DNA from: Candidatus Tayloriibacteriota bacterium
GTDB taxonomy: Bacteria; Patescibacteriota; Minisyncoccia; Phycocordibacterales; SIBU01
Assembly: GCA_009695005.1 (NCBI GenBank)
Contig: SIBU01000004.1
Coordinates: 1-50,130, forward strand
Reading direction: 5' to 3'
Length of the DNA: 50,130 nt
Position numbers and translations under genes: made by a program. The notes beneath the pieces were generated by a model. The model worked only from the letters and a program-made list of their open reading frames with translations. It searched no databases and was not told the DNA's origin. Position 1 is the stretch's first letter; every line of letters begins with the position of its first letter. Positions 25,601-33,385 of the stretch are shown piece after piece.

Positions 25601-26159
25601 AGAAAATGAGAGTGTACATTTAGAATCCTGGCCGACAATAGATTCAAAATTTAAGATTGAAGATTCAAGAAAAATTCTTGAGGAAATGGAGGAAATTAGA
25701 AGGATTGTGTCACTGGCACTTGAGCAGCGCGCAAAGGCTAACATAAAAGTTCGTCAACCTCTTTCTTCTCTTAAGCTCAAATCTAAAATCTTGAATCTTG
25801 AATCTGGAGTGTCTAATTTGATACAAGAAGAAGTGAATGTTAAAAAAGTTGTGTTTGACGCTAACATTTTAAGTGACGTGGAATTAGACACGACTATTAC
25901 TCTCGAACTTAAGGAAGAAGGCAATGTCAGAGAGTTTGTTAGGGCGATTCAGGATTTACGCAAAACAACTGGTTTGAGTGCCAGTGACGTAGCTTCGCTT
26001 ACTGTTGATACCGATGAGAAAGGTGTGCGATTTGTAAAAAAGTTCGAAAGTGAACTTATGAAGATGACTCAGCTCAGAGAAATAAAATTTGTTTCTATTG
26101 ATGAAGGTTTTATGATTTTAATTGATGATTTTTCAATGAAAATTTCGGTTCAAAAATAG
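22632..26159 (+). CDS. ileS: Isoleucine--tRNA ligase, type 2, with GIHH signature and an inserted histidine-phosphatase domain
   Basis: EGPPTANGKPGIHH, WTTTPWTL, DGTGIVHTA, WAISRERYWGTP, KMSKS and QDLRK; extra RHGE...SHEG domain at about 24130-24750. Confidence 0.96.
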   Translation: MSEEKTKNPIAEREKKILKFWQENKIFEKSVAKAGPKGDFVFYEGPPTANGKPGIHHLEARAFKDAIPRYKTMQGFRVRRKGGWDTHGLAVEIQTEKELGLKSKKEIEAYGVDAFNKKCRESVWRYVKEWEEFTERTGYWIDLKRPYVTYKPYYIESVWNIISKINEQGLLYKDYKVVPWCPRCGTGLSSHELAQGYEDVKDLSVTVKFKLTNNNQQLATEGGETYLLAWTTTPWTLPGNVGLAVGNKVKYVKVKVGEEFYILAKERLTSVMKDKEHGVIEELLGEKLVGLEYEPLYPFLKDNLSETEKLKLKNAFKVYVADFVTTTDGTGIVHTAVMYGTDDFDLGTKVGLPKHHLVNDDGTFKKETAFLAGKFVKDEATDVEIIKDLAHRGLLFSKEKYSHSYPHCWRCHTPLIYFARDSWYIKMSALRDKLVAGNQSINWEPSYIKEGRFGEWLKDIKDWAISRERYWGTPLPVWECTSCDKRKMIGSFDELFLNGQGKKLTRLVLVRHGESEKNILELYDISRDGYPLTTAGRKSAEEAGEKLKKLGKIDAIYTSPVIRACQTSEIIGKVFGVEPVLSDELWEVKSGEWEGLNDSSIDKREDKKFYDKLSHEDYYQTSRGKTGESWQDVENRMTSFVKGILKKHQGETVVVVSHEGPLMVLLRYLKELSLDEIINLWEERRAFHRGLLGEYAEPTNVYISNQTGNEIDPHRPFIDDFVLKCDCGKEMKRVKEVMDVWLDSGAMPFAQEHYPFKNKEEIDSGKGYPADYISEAIDQTRGWFYTLHAVGTLLGKGNAYKNVICLGHILDGEGKKMSKSLGNVVDPNLMMEKYGADALRFWMYSINQPGEPKNFDEKTVDEIVKKVFNLAGNVLAFYHLYASSLNPKPSILNPVHVLDVWIVARLNQLVGEVTTSLNAYQLLEPTRAIRDFIADLSQWYLRRSRERIKNGGEDAQAALSTLKFVLCELSKLMAPFTPFFAEFLYKEVGGENESVHLESWPTIDSKFKIEDSRKILEEMEEIRRIVSLALEQRAKANIKVRQPLSSLKLKSKILNLESGVSNLIQEEVNVKKVVFDANILSDVELDTTITLELKEEGNVREFVRAIQDLRKTTGLSASDVASLTVDTDEKGVRFVKKFESELMKMTQLREIKFVSIDEGFMILIDDFSMKISVQK

Positions 26160-26161
26160 AT

Positions 26162-26719
26162 ATGGAAAAGCGGGTTTTTTTAATACACGGCTGGGAAGGG
26201 AAACCCGATAATCATTGGTTTCCTTGGTTATCCTGGGAGCTTAAGGCGCGGGGATTTGAGGTGCATTCATTAACGATGCCACATGCTGATAACCCAAAAG
26301 TTTCAGAATGGTTGGCGGAGATGAAGTCTGTCATCGGGCGTCCAAACAAAGACACGTTCTTTGTGGGCCATTCTTTGGGTTGTATTGCGATTGTTCGATA
26401 TATCGCACAATTACCTAAAACGGCTCGAGTCGGAGGTTGTGTATTTGTCGCGGGCTTTTCCAGTGATTTGAATATCCAGGAGATTTCTGAGTTCACCTCA
26501 TTACCTCTTGATATTGAAAAAACAAAGAAGCATTGTGTAAGGTTAGTAAATATTTTTTCCGATAATGACGAATATGTCTCAATGGCCAAAAGCTTGGAGT
26601 TTCAAAAAACGCTCGGAGCCAAAGGTGTTCTGGAAAGGGGCAGGGGGCATTTTACAAAACGTGAAGGTGTGGACGCTTTGCCTTCAGTTTTCAAGGCTCT
26701 TCTGGACATGAGTATTTAG
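26162..26719 (+). CDS. RBBP9/YdeN family alpha/beta hydrolase
   Basis: IHGWEG...HWFPW, nucleophile GHSLG, SDND and GHF triad elements. Confidence 0.9.
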   Translation: MEKRVFLIHGWEGKPDNHWFPWLSWELKARGFEVHSLTMPHADNPKVSEWLAEMKSVIGRPNKDTFFVGHSLGCIAIVRYIAQLPKTARVGGCVFVAGFSSDLNIQEISEFTSLPLDIEKTKKHCVRLVNIFSDNDEYVSMAKSLEFQKTLGAKGVLERGRGHFTKREGVDALPSVFKALLDMSI

Positions 26720-26743
26720 CCTTGTATAGGAATTGCCCATGCA

Positions 26744-26899
26744 GTGAAGTTTCTGTGTCTAAAGGTTAATTTTGAACCAACAAAGCCTGTTGATGAAGAG
26801 TTTCTCAAAGTATTTTCTGGCGCGTTTGCTCACGGCCAAGAATTCGAGAAAGAACTGAGAAGGGAGATTGCAACGGCATCTTGCCCAATACTTCGCTAG
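26744..26899 (+). CDS. Possible 51-aa small protein, in frame with the upstream hydrolase
   Basis: GTG-start frame VKFLCLKVNFEPTKPVDEEFLKVFSGAFAHGQEFEKELRREIATASCPILR looks protein-like and fills the gap; below the ORF-track cutoff. Confidence 0.35.
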   Translation: MKFLCLKVNFEPTKPVDEEFLKVFSGAFAHGQEFEKELRREIATASCPILR

Positions 26900-26993
26900 C
26901 ACGTTCTGGTGGTTTTCTATGATAAAATATCCTTGTACTTTTCTCATTTTTTGTCATCAATTTTAGGTTTTGCGTTTTAATTTCTAAACTTTC

Positions 26994-27587
26994 ATGTCCC
27001 ATCACCTCTACCACACCCCCGGATTTATCCTCGGAAGCCATGTTTCAGGTGAGGCAAACAGGGTTTTTCGTATTTTCACTAAGGATCTTGGTTTGGTGCG
27101 TGCCACTGCTCAAGGGGTGAGGTATTTGAAGTCTAAACTTCGTTATAGTCTTCAGGATTTTTCATACGTCGATTTGTCCCTTGTTCGCGGTCAAGAGGTT
27201 TGGCGAATCACTGGGGCGGTAAAAAAAGATGATTTGTTCACTGTGTTTCGGGAGGACTCGTACACGCTAGCTGTTTTTGGTCGTGTATTTTCCTTGCTTG
27301 AACGTTTGTTATCTGGAGAAGACAAGAACGAACGCTTGTGGCAATATCTCGAGGAAGCCGTTTTGTTTGCTGTTTCTAAAAAACGTTCCGCTGAGCTTGT
27401 CCGTAATTTTGAGTATATTTTGGTATTGAGGATTCTTGGTAGTTTGGGATATTTAGGACAGTCTCCGGAGACCTTCACCTTTGTAGAGTCACCCTATTGG
27501 AGCGAGGAACTTTTGTTAGGTCTGAATGATTCTATTCCTCTGGTGGTGGGTGAAATAAACAAATCACTAAGAGAAACCCAATTGTAA
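26994..27587 (+). CDS. recO: DNA repair protein RecO
   Basis: GEANRVFRIFTKDLGLVRATAQGVR..KSKLR OB-fold N-terminus; no C-terminal Zn finger. Confidence 0.85.
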   Translation: MSHHLYHTPGFILGSHVSGEANRVFRIFTKDLGLVRATAQGVRYLKSKLRYSLQDFSYVDLSLVRGQEVWRITGAVKKDDLFTVFREDSYTLAVFGRVFSLLERLLSGEDKNERLWQYLEEAVLFAVSKKRSAELVRNFEYILVLRILGSLGYLGQSPETFTFVESPYWSEELLLGLNDSIPLVVGEINKSLRETQL

Positions 27588-27643
27588 GCGTGTTATAATA
27601 TTTTCACGATTTACTTCAGTTTAGCCCAGTAAGTTTATATAAG

Positions 27644-29602
27644 ATGAATCAAGACGAACAGCCGAATTTTAACAAACCGCAAAAGCGTGACGACAGTCTT
27701 GAGGAGCTCAAGAAGGATCTTTATTCGAGGCGAGATTATTTTTCAACACGGAGCAGAAGTCAGGACATGTTGAAAAAGCACGATAGCGATGTTTCTAAAG
27801 ATTGGGGAGATAAAGAGCTTGTGATCAAAGGGAGATCTTTACCTGATCCAGTAAAACGTATGGCGCTTCTTAAAAAGACATTTGTTATTTCGGTAATATT
27901 TTTCTTGGTTTCGGTGGGTGTTGCCCTGTACGTTTTTTTTGGTGGCGGAAATATTGTTTCTTCAAATAACGTGGACATTACTGTAGTAGGTCCTGTTTCG
28001 ATTGCGGGTGGAGAAATTTTACCACTTGAAATTCAGGTGTCTAATCAAAATAATATAGATTTAGATAATGTTGATTTGGTTATTGATTATCCAGACGGTA
28101 CAAGGCAGGCTGAGGATACAACAGTTTCATTGAGACGATACCGTGAATCTTTGGGCACTATTGCTAAGGGAGAAAGTTTGGTTAAAAAAATTCAAGCTGT
28201 GCTTTTTGGGGAAGCGGGTAATACCAAGGAAATTAGTATTTCAATTGAGTATCATGTGAAAGGTTCGAACAATATATTTTCCAAGGAGAAAAAATATAAT
28301 ACAGCAATTAATTCCTCCCCAGTAACAATAACGGTTACTTCAGTAAAAGAAATTAACGCCAATCAAGAAACAGAATTTGTGGTAAATGTGGTTTCCAATG
28401 CCACTGCAGTTATTCAAAATTTGGCGCTTTCAGCTGATTACCCATTTGGATTTACATTTCAAAGTTCTGATCCAACTCCCACTTGGAGCAATAGCCTTTG
28501 GTCACTTGGTGATTTGAAACCTGGAGTTAAGAGGGTAGTTAAAATAAGAGGTACAATTGCGGGTCAGGACGGTGAGGACAGAAATTTTCGATTTTCAGTC
28601 GGTACGGAAAATCCTGCCAATGAAAACGTTATAGGTACGAATTTTCTAACCTCAGTCCAAAAAATTACAATTAAGAAACCCTTTATTGGTGTAAACTTGG
28701 CTCTTGATGGGGACACTTCCGATACTTATACAGCTAAGGCGGGAAAGTCTATCCGAGCAGACCTAACTTTGACAAACAATGTCGGTGCTAAAATTACGGA
28801 TATTAAAGTTTCCGTCAAGCCTTTTGGAAATATTTTTAATCCTGAATCTGTAACTGTCGGTCAAGGTTTTTACCGCTCGTCTGACAATGTGATTCTTTGG
28901 GATCAGACTTTGGAGCCAAGTCTTTCCGTCCTTAATCCCGATGACACAGCTTCAATTAGTTTTTCTTTGAGTACGTTTATGGAGGAACAGATCAGGAAGA
29001 TGAAGAGTCCAGAAATGAATGTTGAGGTTGTGATAACCGGTAAACGACTGAACGAGTTAGGAGTTTCTCAAGATGTAACCTCGAGAGCCACTAGGGTAAT
29101 TCGAGTAGCCACAACACTTGGTCTTTCCACTAGAGCAATTTATTATTCTGGGCCTTTTACAAACAGCGGTCCTATACCACCAAAAGCCAATAGTGAAACA
29201 ACATATACGATAGTTTGGTCTTTAACCAATGGTTCAAATGATCTCTCTGGCGTAAAAGTTACCGCAGTACTGCCTTCGTATGTGAAATGGTTATACGCTT
29301 CAGTTCCTGCGGGAGAAAAAATTACTTACAATCCTATCGGTGGTCAGATTTTGTGGGAAGTCGGCGATCTAAAGGCTGGGACTGGTTTTTCTGGCAGTCC
29401 ACGTCAGATGAGTTTTCAGGTTTCTTTCACTCCGAGTGTGACACAGGTTAGCACTGTCCCTCCGATTGTGAATGATGTCGTGGCGTCTGGCAGCGATGAT
29501 TTTGTCGGTCAAATGCTTGAGACGAGCAATCGCTCACCAATAACAACCGATCTCTCGACCGATATAAGTTTTAAGCCTGGACAGGAGGTTGTGACGAAGT
29601 AG
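27644..29602 (+). CDS. Large membrane-anchored protein with tandem beta-rich (Ig/DUF11-like) domains
   Basis: One TM at about aa 80-100, then repeated beta-strand modules (LWSLGDL, LWEVGDL, TYTIVWSLTN). Confidence 0.75.
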   Translation: MNQDEQPNFNKPQKRDDSLEELKKDLYSRRDYFSTRSRSQDMLKKHDSDVSKDWGDKELVIKGRSLPDPVKRMALLKKTFVISVIFFLVSVGVALYVFFGGGNIVSSNNVDITVVGPVSIAGGEILPLEIQVSNQNNIDLDNVDLVIDYPDGTRQAEDTTVSLRRYRESLGTIAKGESLVKKIQAVLFGEAGNTKEISISIEYHVKGSNNIFSKEKKYNTAINSSPVTITVTSVKEINANQETEFVVNVVSNATAVIQNLALSADYPFGFTFQSSDPTPTWSNSLWSLGDLKPGVKRVVKIRGTIAGQDGEDRNFRFSVGTENPANENVIGTNFLTSVQKITIKKPFIGVNLALDGDTSDTYTAKAGKSIRADLTLTNNVGAKITDIKVSVKPFGNIFNPESVTVGQGFYRSSDNVILWDQTLEPSLSVLNPDDTASISFSLSTFMEEQIRKMKSPEMNVEVVITGKRLNELGVSQDVTSRATRVIRVATTLGLSTRAIYYSGPFTNSGPIPPKANSETTYTIVWSLTNGSNDLSGVKVTAVLPSYVKWLYASVPAGEKITYNPIGGQILWEVGDLKAGTGFSGSPRQMSFQVSFTPSVTQVSTVPPIVNDVVASGSDDFVGQMLETSNRSPITTDLSTDISFKPGQEVVTK

Positions 29603-29685
29603 TTCGTGAGTCGAAGTGTGGTTGTCGCTCAAAATTGAAGTTTAAAGGTATTTGCGTTTTTTATTATTTCATTTAAAGTTACAGA

Positions 29686-31077
29686 ATGTCTAAACTCAAG
29701 GAAGAGAAAAATGATGTTATGGAAAAGGTGGTAGCGCTCTGCAAGAGACGTGGATTTGTCTATCCTGGTTCTGAAATTTACGGAGGGCTTGCTGGCACGT
29801 GGGATTACGGTCCTTACGGAGTGGCGTTGAAGAAAAATATTGAAAATCTCTGGTGGAAGTTTTTTGTCGATTCTCGAGAAGACATGTACGGTATCGACTC
29901 CGCGATTCTGATGAACTCGAAAGTCTGGGAGGCCAGCGGTCATGTCGGAGGTTTCAGTGATCCTCTTGTTTCCGACAAGAAAACAAAAAAACGTTTTCGC
30001 GCTGACCACCTCCTTGAGGAGGCCGGAGTCAATCCGTCAGGTATGACCCTAGAACAGATGGGGCAGAAGATTTCTGAATTGAAAATTAAAAGTCCGGACG
30101 GTAATGAGCTCTCCACTCCTCAGCAATTCAATATGATGTTTAAAACATCGATTGGTTCCGTGGATGGTTCTGACACAACAGTTTACCTTCGTCCCGAAAC
30201 AGCTCAAGGAATGTTTGTGAATTTTAAAAATATCATTGATTCTTTTCATCCAAAGTTACCTTTTGGTATTGCTCAGATTGGCCGTAACTTTCGCAATGAA
30301 ATTGCTCCACGCGATTTTATTTTCCGTGTCCGTGAGCTTGAGATAATGGAGTTTGAGTATTTCATTAAGGAAGCCGAATGGAAGGAAAAATTTGAATATT
30401 GGCAGGAGCAAATGAAAGCTTGGTTTACAGCGCTTGGGTTTGCGAAAGATGATATTCGTGAAATTGAGATTCCTGACGGAGAGCGTGCTCACTATTCAAA
30501 GCGTACGATTGATTTTCATTTTAAGTATCCACATAAGTTTGATGAGATTGGCGGACTAGCATATCGTACAGATTTTGATTTGAATAATCACATTAAGAGT
30601 AGCGGTGTTGATTTAAGTTACCTTGATCCGTCGGATAATACGAAGTCTGTACCTCATGTACTTGAACCAACTTTTGGTTTAGGAAGACATGTTCTCGCAG
30701 TCCTTACTAAGGCGTACACGGAGGATGAACTCGGTGGAGAACCTCGGGTGTTTTTAAAGATTCCTGCAAATCTTGCACCGATTAAGATTGCTGTGTTTCC
30801 GCTTCTTAAGAATAAACCGGAGCTAGTTGCGAAAGCTAGAGAAGTTTTTGTAACCATTAAGAAAGAATTTGGAGCAGTTTTGTTTGATGATAACGGTAAT
30901 ATCGGAAAAAGATATCGCAGACAGGATGAAATTGGTACGCCATTTTGCGTGACTGTTGATTTTGATACTATTGAGAAAGATCAAGCGGTTACTGTTCGTG
31001 ATAGGGATGCCGGTAAGCAAGAGCGCGTGGGCATTGCCGAGTTGTCGCAGTTTCTAGAAAACAAACTGAATGTGTAA
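29686..31077 (+). CDS. glyS: Glycine--tRNA ligase (alpha2, eukaryote/archaea-type)
   Basis: CKRRGFVYPGSEIYGG, YLRPETAQG, FRNEI.PR.FIFRVRE and RYRRQDEIGTP. Confidence 0.96.
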   Translation: MSKLKEEKNDVMEKVVALCKRRGFVYPGSEIYGGLAGTWDYGPYGVALKKNIENLWWKFFVDSREDMYGIDSAILMNSKVWEASGHVGGFSDPLVSDKKTKKRFRADHLLEEAGVNPSGMTLEQMGQKISELKIKSPDGNELSTPQQFNMMFKTSIGSVDGSDTTVYLRPETAQGMFVNFKNIIDSFHPKLPFGIAQIGRNFRNEIAPRDFIFRVRELEIMEFEYFIKEAEWKEKFEYWQEQMKAWFTALGFAKDDIREIEIPDGERAHYSKRTIDFHFKYPHKFDEIGGLAYRTDFDLNNHIKSSGVDLSYLDPSDNTKSVPHVLEPTFGLGRHVLAVLTKAYTEDELGGEPRVFLKIPANLAPIKIAVFPLLKNKPELVAKAREVFVTIKKEFGAVLFDDNGNIGKRYRRQDEIGTPFCVTVDFDTIEKDQAVTVRDRDAGKQERVGIAELSQFLENKLNV

Positions 31078-31100
31078 TTTTGAATTAATGCCATTTATCT

Positions 31101-32492
31101 ATGAATATGCACGAATCGTTTGAAGTACCACCACTTTCAGATGAAATCGACAGGTATGAGGACGAGGTGGCGGAGAAAACCAAAGAGAAGAAAATTGGCG
31201 AACCTTTGCCAAATCACACACATGTCAAACAAGGGAATTCCCATATTGAAGGGGAGTTTGATCCTGTTGTTGAACTTGAAAAGGTTAAAGCACTCACGGG
31301 AGTAAAGAAGCAGAATGCCTTGGATATCTTTAAGGAAAAACTTTCGTTTCAAAAAAAAGGGATAGCGTTAATGCAAGAGCAAATAATTTCTGAGATTAGA
31401 AATAACCCAGATCTTTCCGAAGAGGTTATGATGACTTTCGTCGGGCCGTTTGAGAGACAGTATGGACTAACCCACGAGCAGATATTAGCCACTAAAAATG
31501 TTGTGTGCGCATTTTACTTGAAGCATAATGCCGTAAAAGCAATGCGGGAGTCGCATCCCGATGACGTAGATTTGTTCGCAGCCCTCTTTGGCAGAAGGCC
31601 GATTGGTAAAGTCGAGTGCATTGAAGGGCCTGTGACGCTTTACTTCCGCTGTTATGATGAGAGAGATTATGCGTATATTTACGGTGAGAAATTTTTAACG
31701 AGAGGCGAGGTTACTCAGGAGGACATCCTTTTGGGCAATAAAACTAGTGGCGTTAGTTTGGGGGTAGCCAGACAATCAGACTTGAGAGGATGCCTTATTG
31801 CTGAAAACGTAAATGGTGTGCCAGACGAGGCAACGCATATACATGAGGAGCAACATGCCATAAAACGTATCTTTCAAAGTTCGCTCCTCGACGATGCTCC
31901 AGAAGTTTCTGCGCTTGAAAGATGGCAGCGTGGGGAACCGTTGTCTGACAGTGAAGATACCGAAAGATATTCTTTCAAAAGAAGTTCAAAGGAAGTCACT
32001 CTTTTTTCTGTATTGGAAGCGAAAGACGATACCGAGCGAGCTCTTTCACTTGTCAGATGGTTGCGTTACAAAAGGGAATTAATTGAAGAAAGTGCTAAAG
32101 ACGAGATTTTCGCGTATCTTAAAACCATTCCACTGAGGACATTCGAAAATCCTGTGCTCAGGGAAGATCCCGCTGAATCTGCATGGAACGAGGCCGATGT
32201 GTATAGGGCCCTCTCTCGATCGAAAAAAGATGGAGGTTTGTATGATTACTTTGCAGATGAAAAATCAGAGCTTCTGAAAGCGATTCTTTCCGAGTTGGGG
32301 CCGAAAAAGGCAGAGTTGATAAACAGGTCTATGGAAAAGGTGTTTGTCACCGAGTATCACACACTTATACGTGATGGAATAGATGCTTTTTTGACCTTGC
32401 GAAGAAGGGGGAATTCAGTTGAAAAAACTATCGGCTTACTTACTGCTGAGCCTTTGCGTAAATGGCCAAAAGTTGTTGGCCGACTAAGCTAA
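31101..32492 (+). CDS. Hypothetical protein with HExxH motif (possible zinc metallopeptidase)
   Basis: 463-aa ORF; HEEQH encoded at 31842-31856. Confidence 0.65.
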   Translation: MNMHESFEVPPLSDEIDRYEDEVAEKTKEKKIGEPLPNHTHVKQGNSHIEGEFDPVVELEKVKALTGVKKQNALDIFKEKLSFQKKGIALMQEQIISEIRNNPDLSEEVMMTFVGPFERQYGLTHEQILATKNVVCAFYLKHNAVKAMRESHPDDVDLFAALFGRRPIGKVECIEGPVTLYFRCYDERDYAYIYGEKFLTRGEVTQEDILLGNKTSGVSLGVARQSDLRGCLIAENVNGVPDEATHIHEEQHAIKRIFQSSLLDDAPEVSALERWQRGEPLSDSEDTERYSFKRSSKEVTLFSVLEAKDDTERALSLVRWLRYKRELIEESAKDEIFAYLKTIPLRTFENPVLREDPAESAWNEADVYRALSRSKKDGGLYDYFADEKSELLKAILSELGPKKAELINRSMEKVFVTEYHTLIRDGIDAFLTLRRRGNSVEKTIGLLTAEPLRKWPKVVGRLS

Positions 32493-32604
32493 AAGTTCAC
32501 TGTTTGTATGCAGAAAGGCAAAGGTGAGATAGATAAGTCTGCCAGTATTGTGTTGGCATATAAAGATTTGACTTTCCATATAGAAAAGTTATTATTGAAA
32601 GGCA

Positions 32605-32682
32605 ATGAGTAATCAAGCAATAAACCTCGTCGTCGTCACCCTAATCAACTCCGAAGTTGGTTTTTGTGATGTTGTTGCTTAA
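32605..32682 (+). CDS. Possible 25-aa Val-rich peptide/leader
   Basis: MSNQAINLVVVTLINSEVGFCDVVA lies between TTGACT-16-TATTAT (32568-32595) and a strong hairpin. Confidence 0.3.
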   Translation: MSNQAINLVVVTLINSEVGFCDVVA

Positions 32683-32706
32683 AATTTCTTTCTAACAAAA
32701 TCTTAA

Positions 32707-32747
32707 AAACAAGCTCCGGAGTATTTCTCTGGAGCTTGTTTCTTTTC
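32707..32747 (+). terminator. Terminator-like hairpin upstream of the 32817 ORF
   Basis: About 15-bp stem AAACAAGCTCCGGAG/CTCTGGAGCTTGTTT followed by CTTTT. Confidence 0.65.
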
Positions 32748-32816
32748 CCGCGTGTGCGGTGGAATCTCTAGGTGTTCTTTCGGTAAACAATAACGTAGTT
32801 CATTGACAACATACTT

Positions 32817-33308
32817 ATGCAAACAATGCTCGCAATATCGGTGGCACTTACATTCAAGGTGCCGGAAAATCCATATCCACGCATGAGTCTCTCGGGAGAT
32901 GGCGTCGTCATTCCGGCTCAACTGACCTCTCCGGCGGGGATCTTTGAATCCCTTGTGTATATCAACCATTTCCTTTCCCGCAAGTATTTTCCGGAAAATT
33001 CGGAACTTGGCGATTTTGAAAATGAACTGGTGTTTTTCCCCGTTCGAAGAATGAATAGAGTTCCGAAAATTCTGGAAAAGTTGGGATTGCGTGCACCGAC
33101 TTATCATCACGCAGCCGCATTCGGGCTTCGGATTGAAGACGCTCCGGTATCCGGTATGATAATTTTCCCTCACACTCCCGTTTTCATTAAGGGGGTAGGG
33201 AATTGTCAAATAAGTTTTCAATCCCGTTTGAATTTTGAACGTCGCTACGTTTGCATTTCTAATCTGTCCGCGTATAAGCGTCCGGTGTGGGCGGTCGGGA
33301 TAAGATAA
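32817..33308 (+). CDS. Hypothetical protein
   Basis: LEKLGLRAPTYHHAAAFG resembles a GLRPATLxxLLAFG-like segment I associate with CPR hypotheticals; more protein-like than the antisense ORF. Confidence 0.55.
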   Translation: MQTMLAISVALTFKVPENPYPRMSLSGDGVVIPAQLTSPAGIFESLVYINHFLSRKYFPENSELGDFENELVFFPVRRMNRVPKILEKLGLRAPTYHHAAAFGLRIEDAPVSGMIIFPHTPVFIKGVGNCQISFQSRLNFERRYVCISNLSAYKRPVWAVGIR

Positions 33309-33385
33309 CATGTGAATGTTTTACACAGCCGTCTTGAAATACAGGCGGCTTTTTCTTTGCACGTTCATCTGCTATAGTTTCTTTC

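Noticed and set aside
32703-33311. 202-aa minus-strand ORF
   Set aside because: It is the antisense shadow of the more protein-like 32817-33308 ORF and ends within the hairpin.
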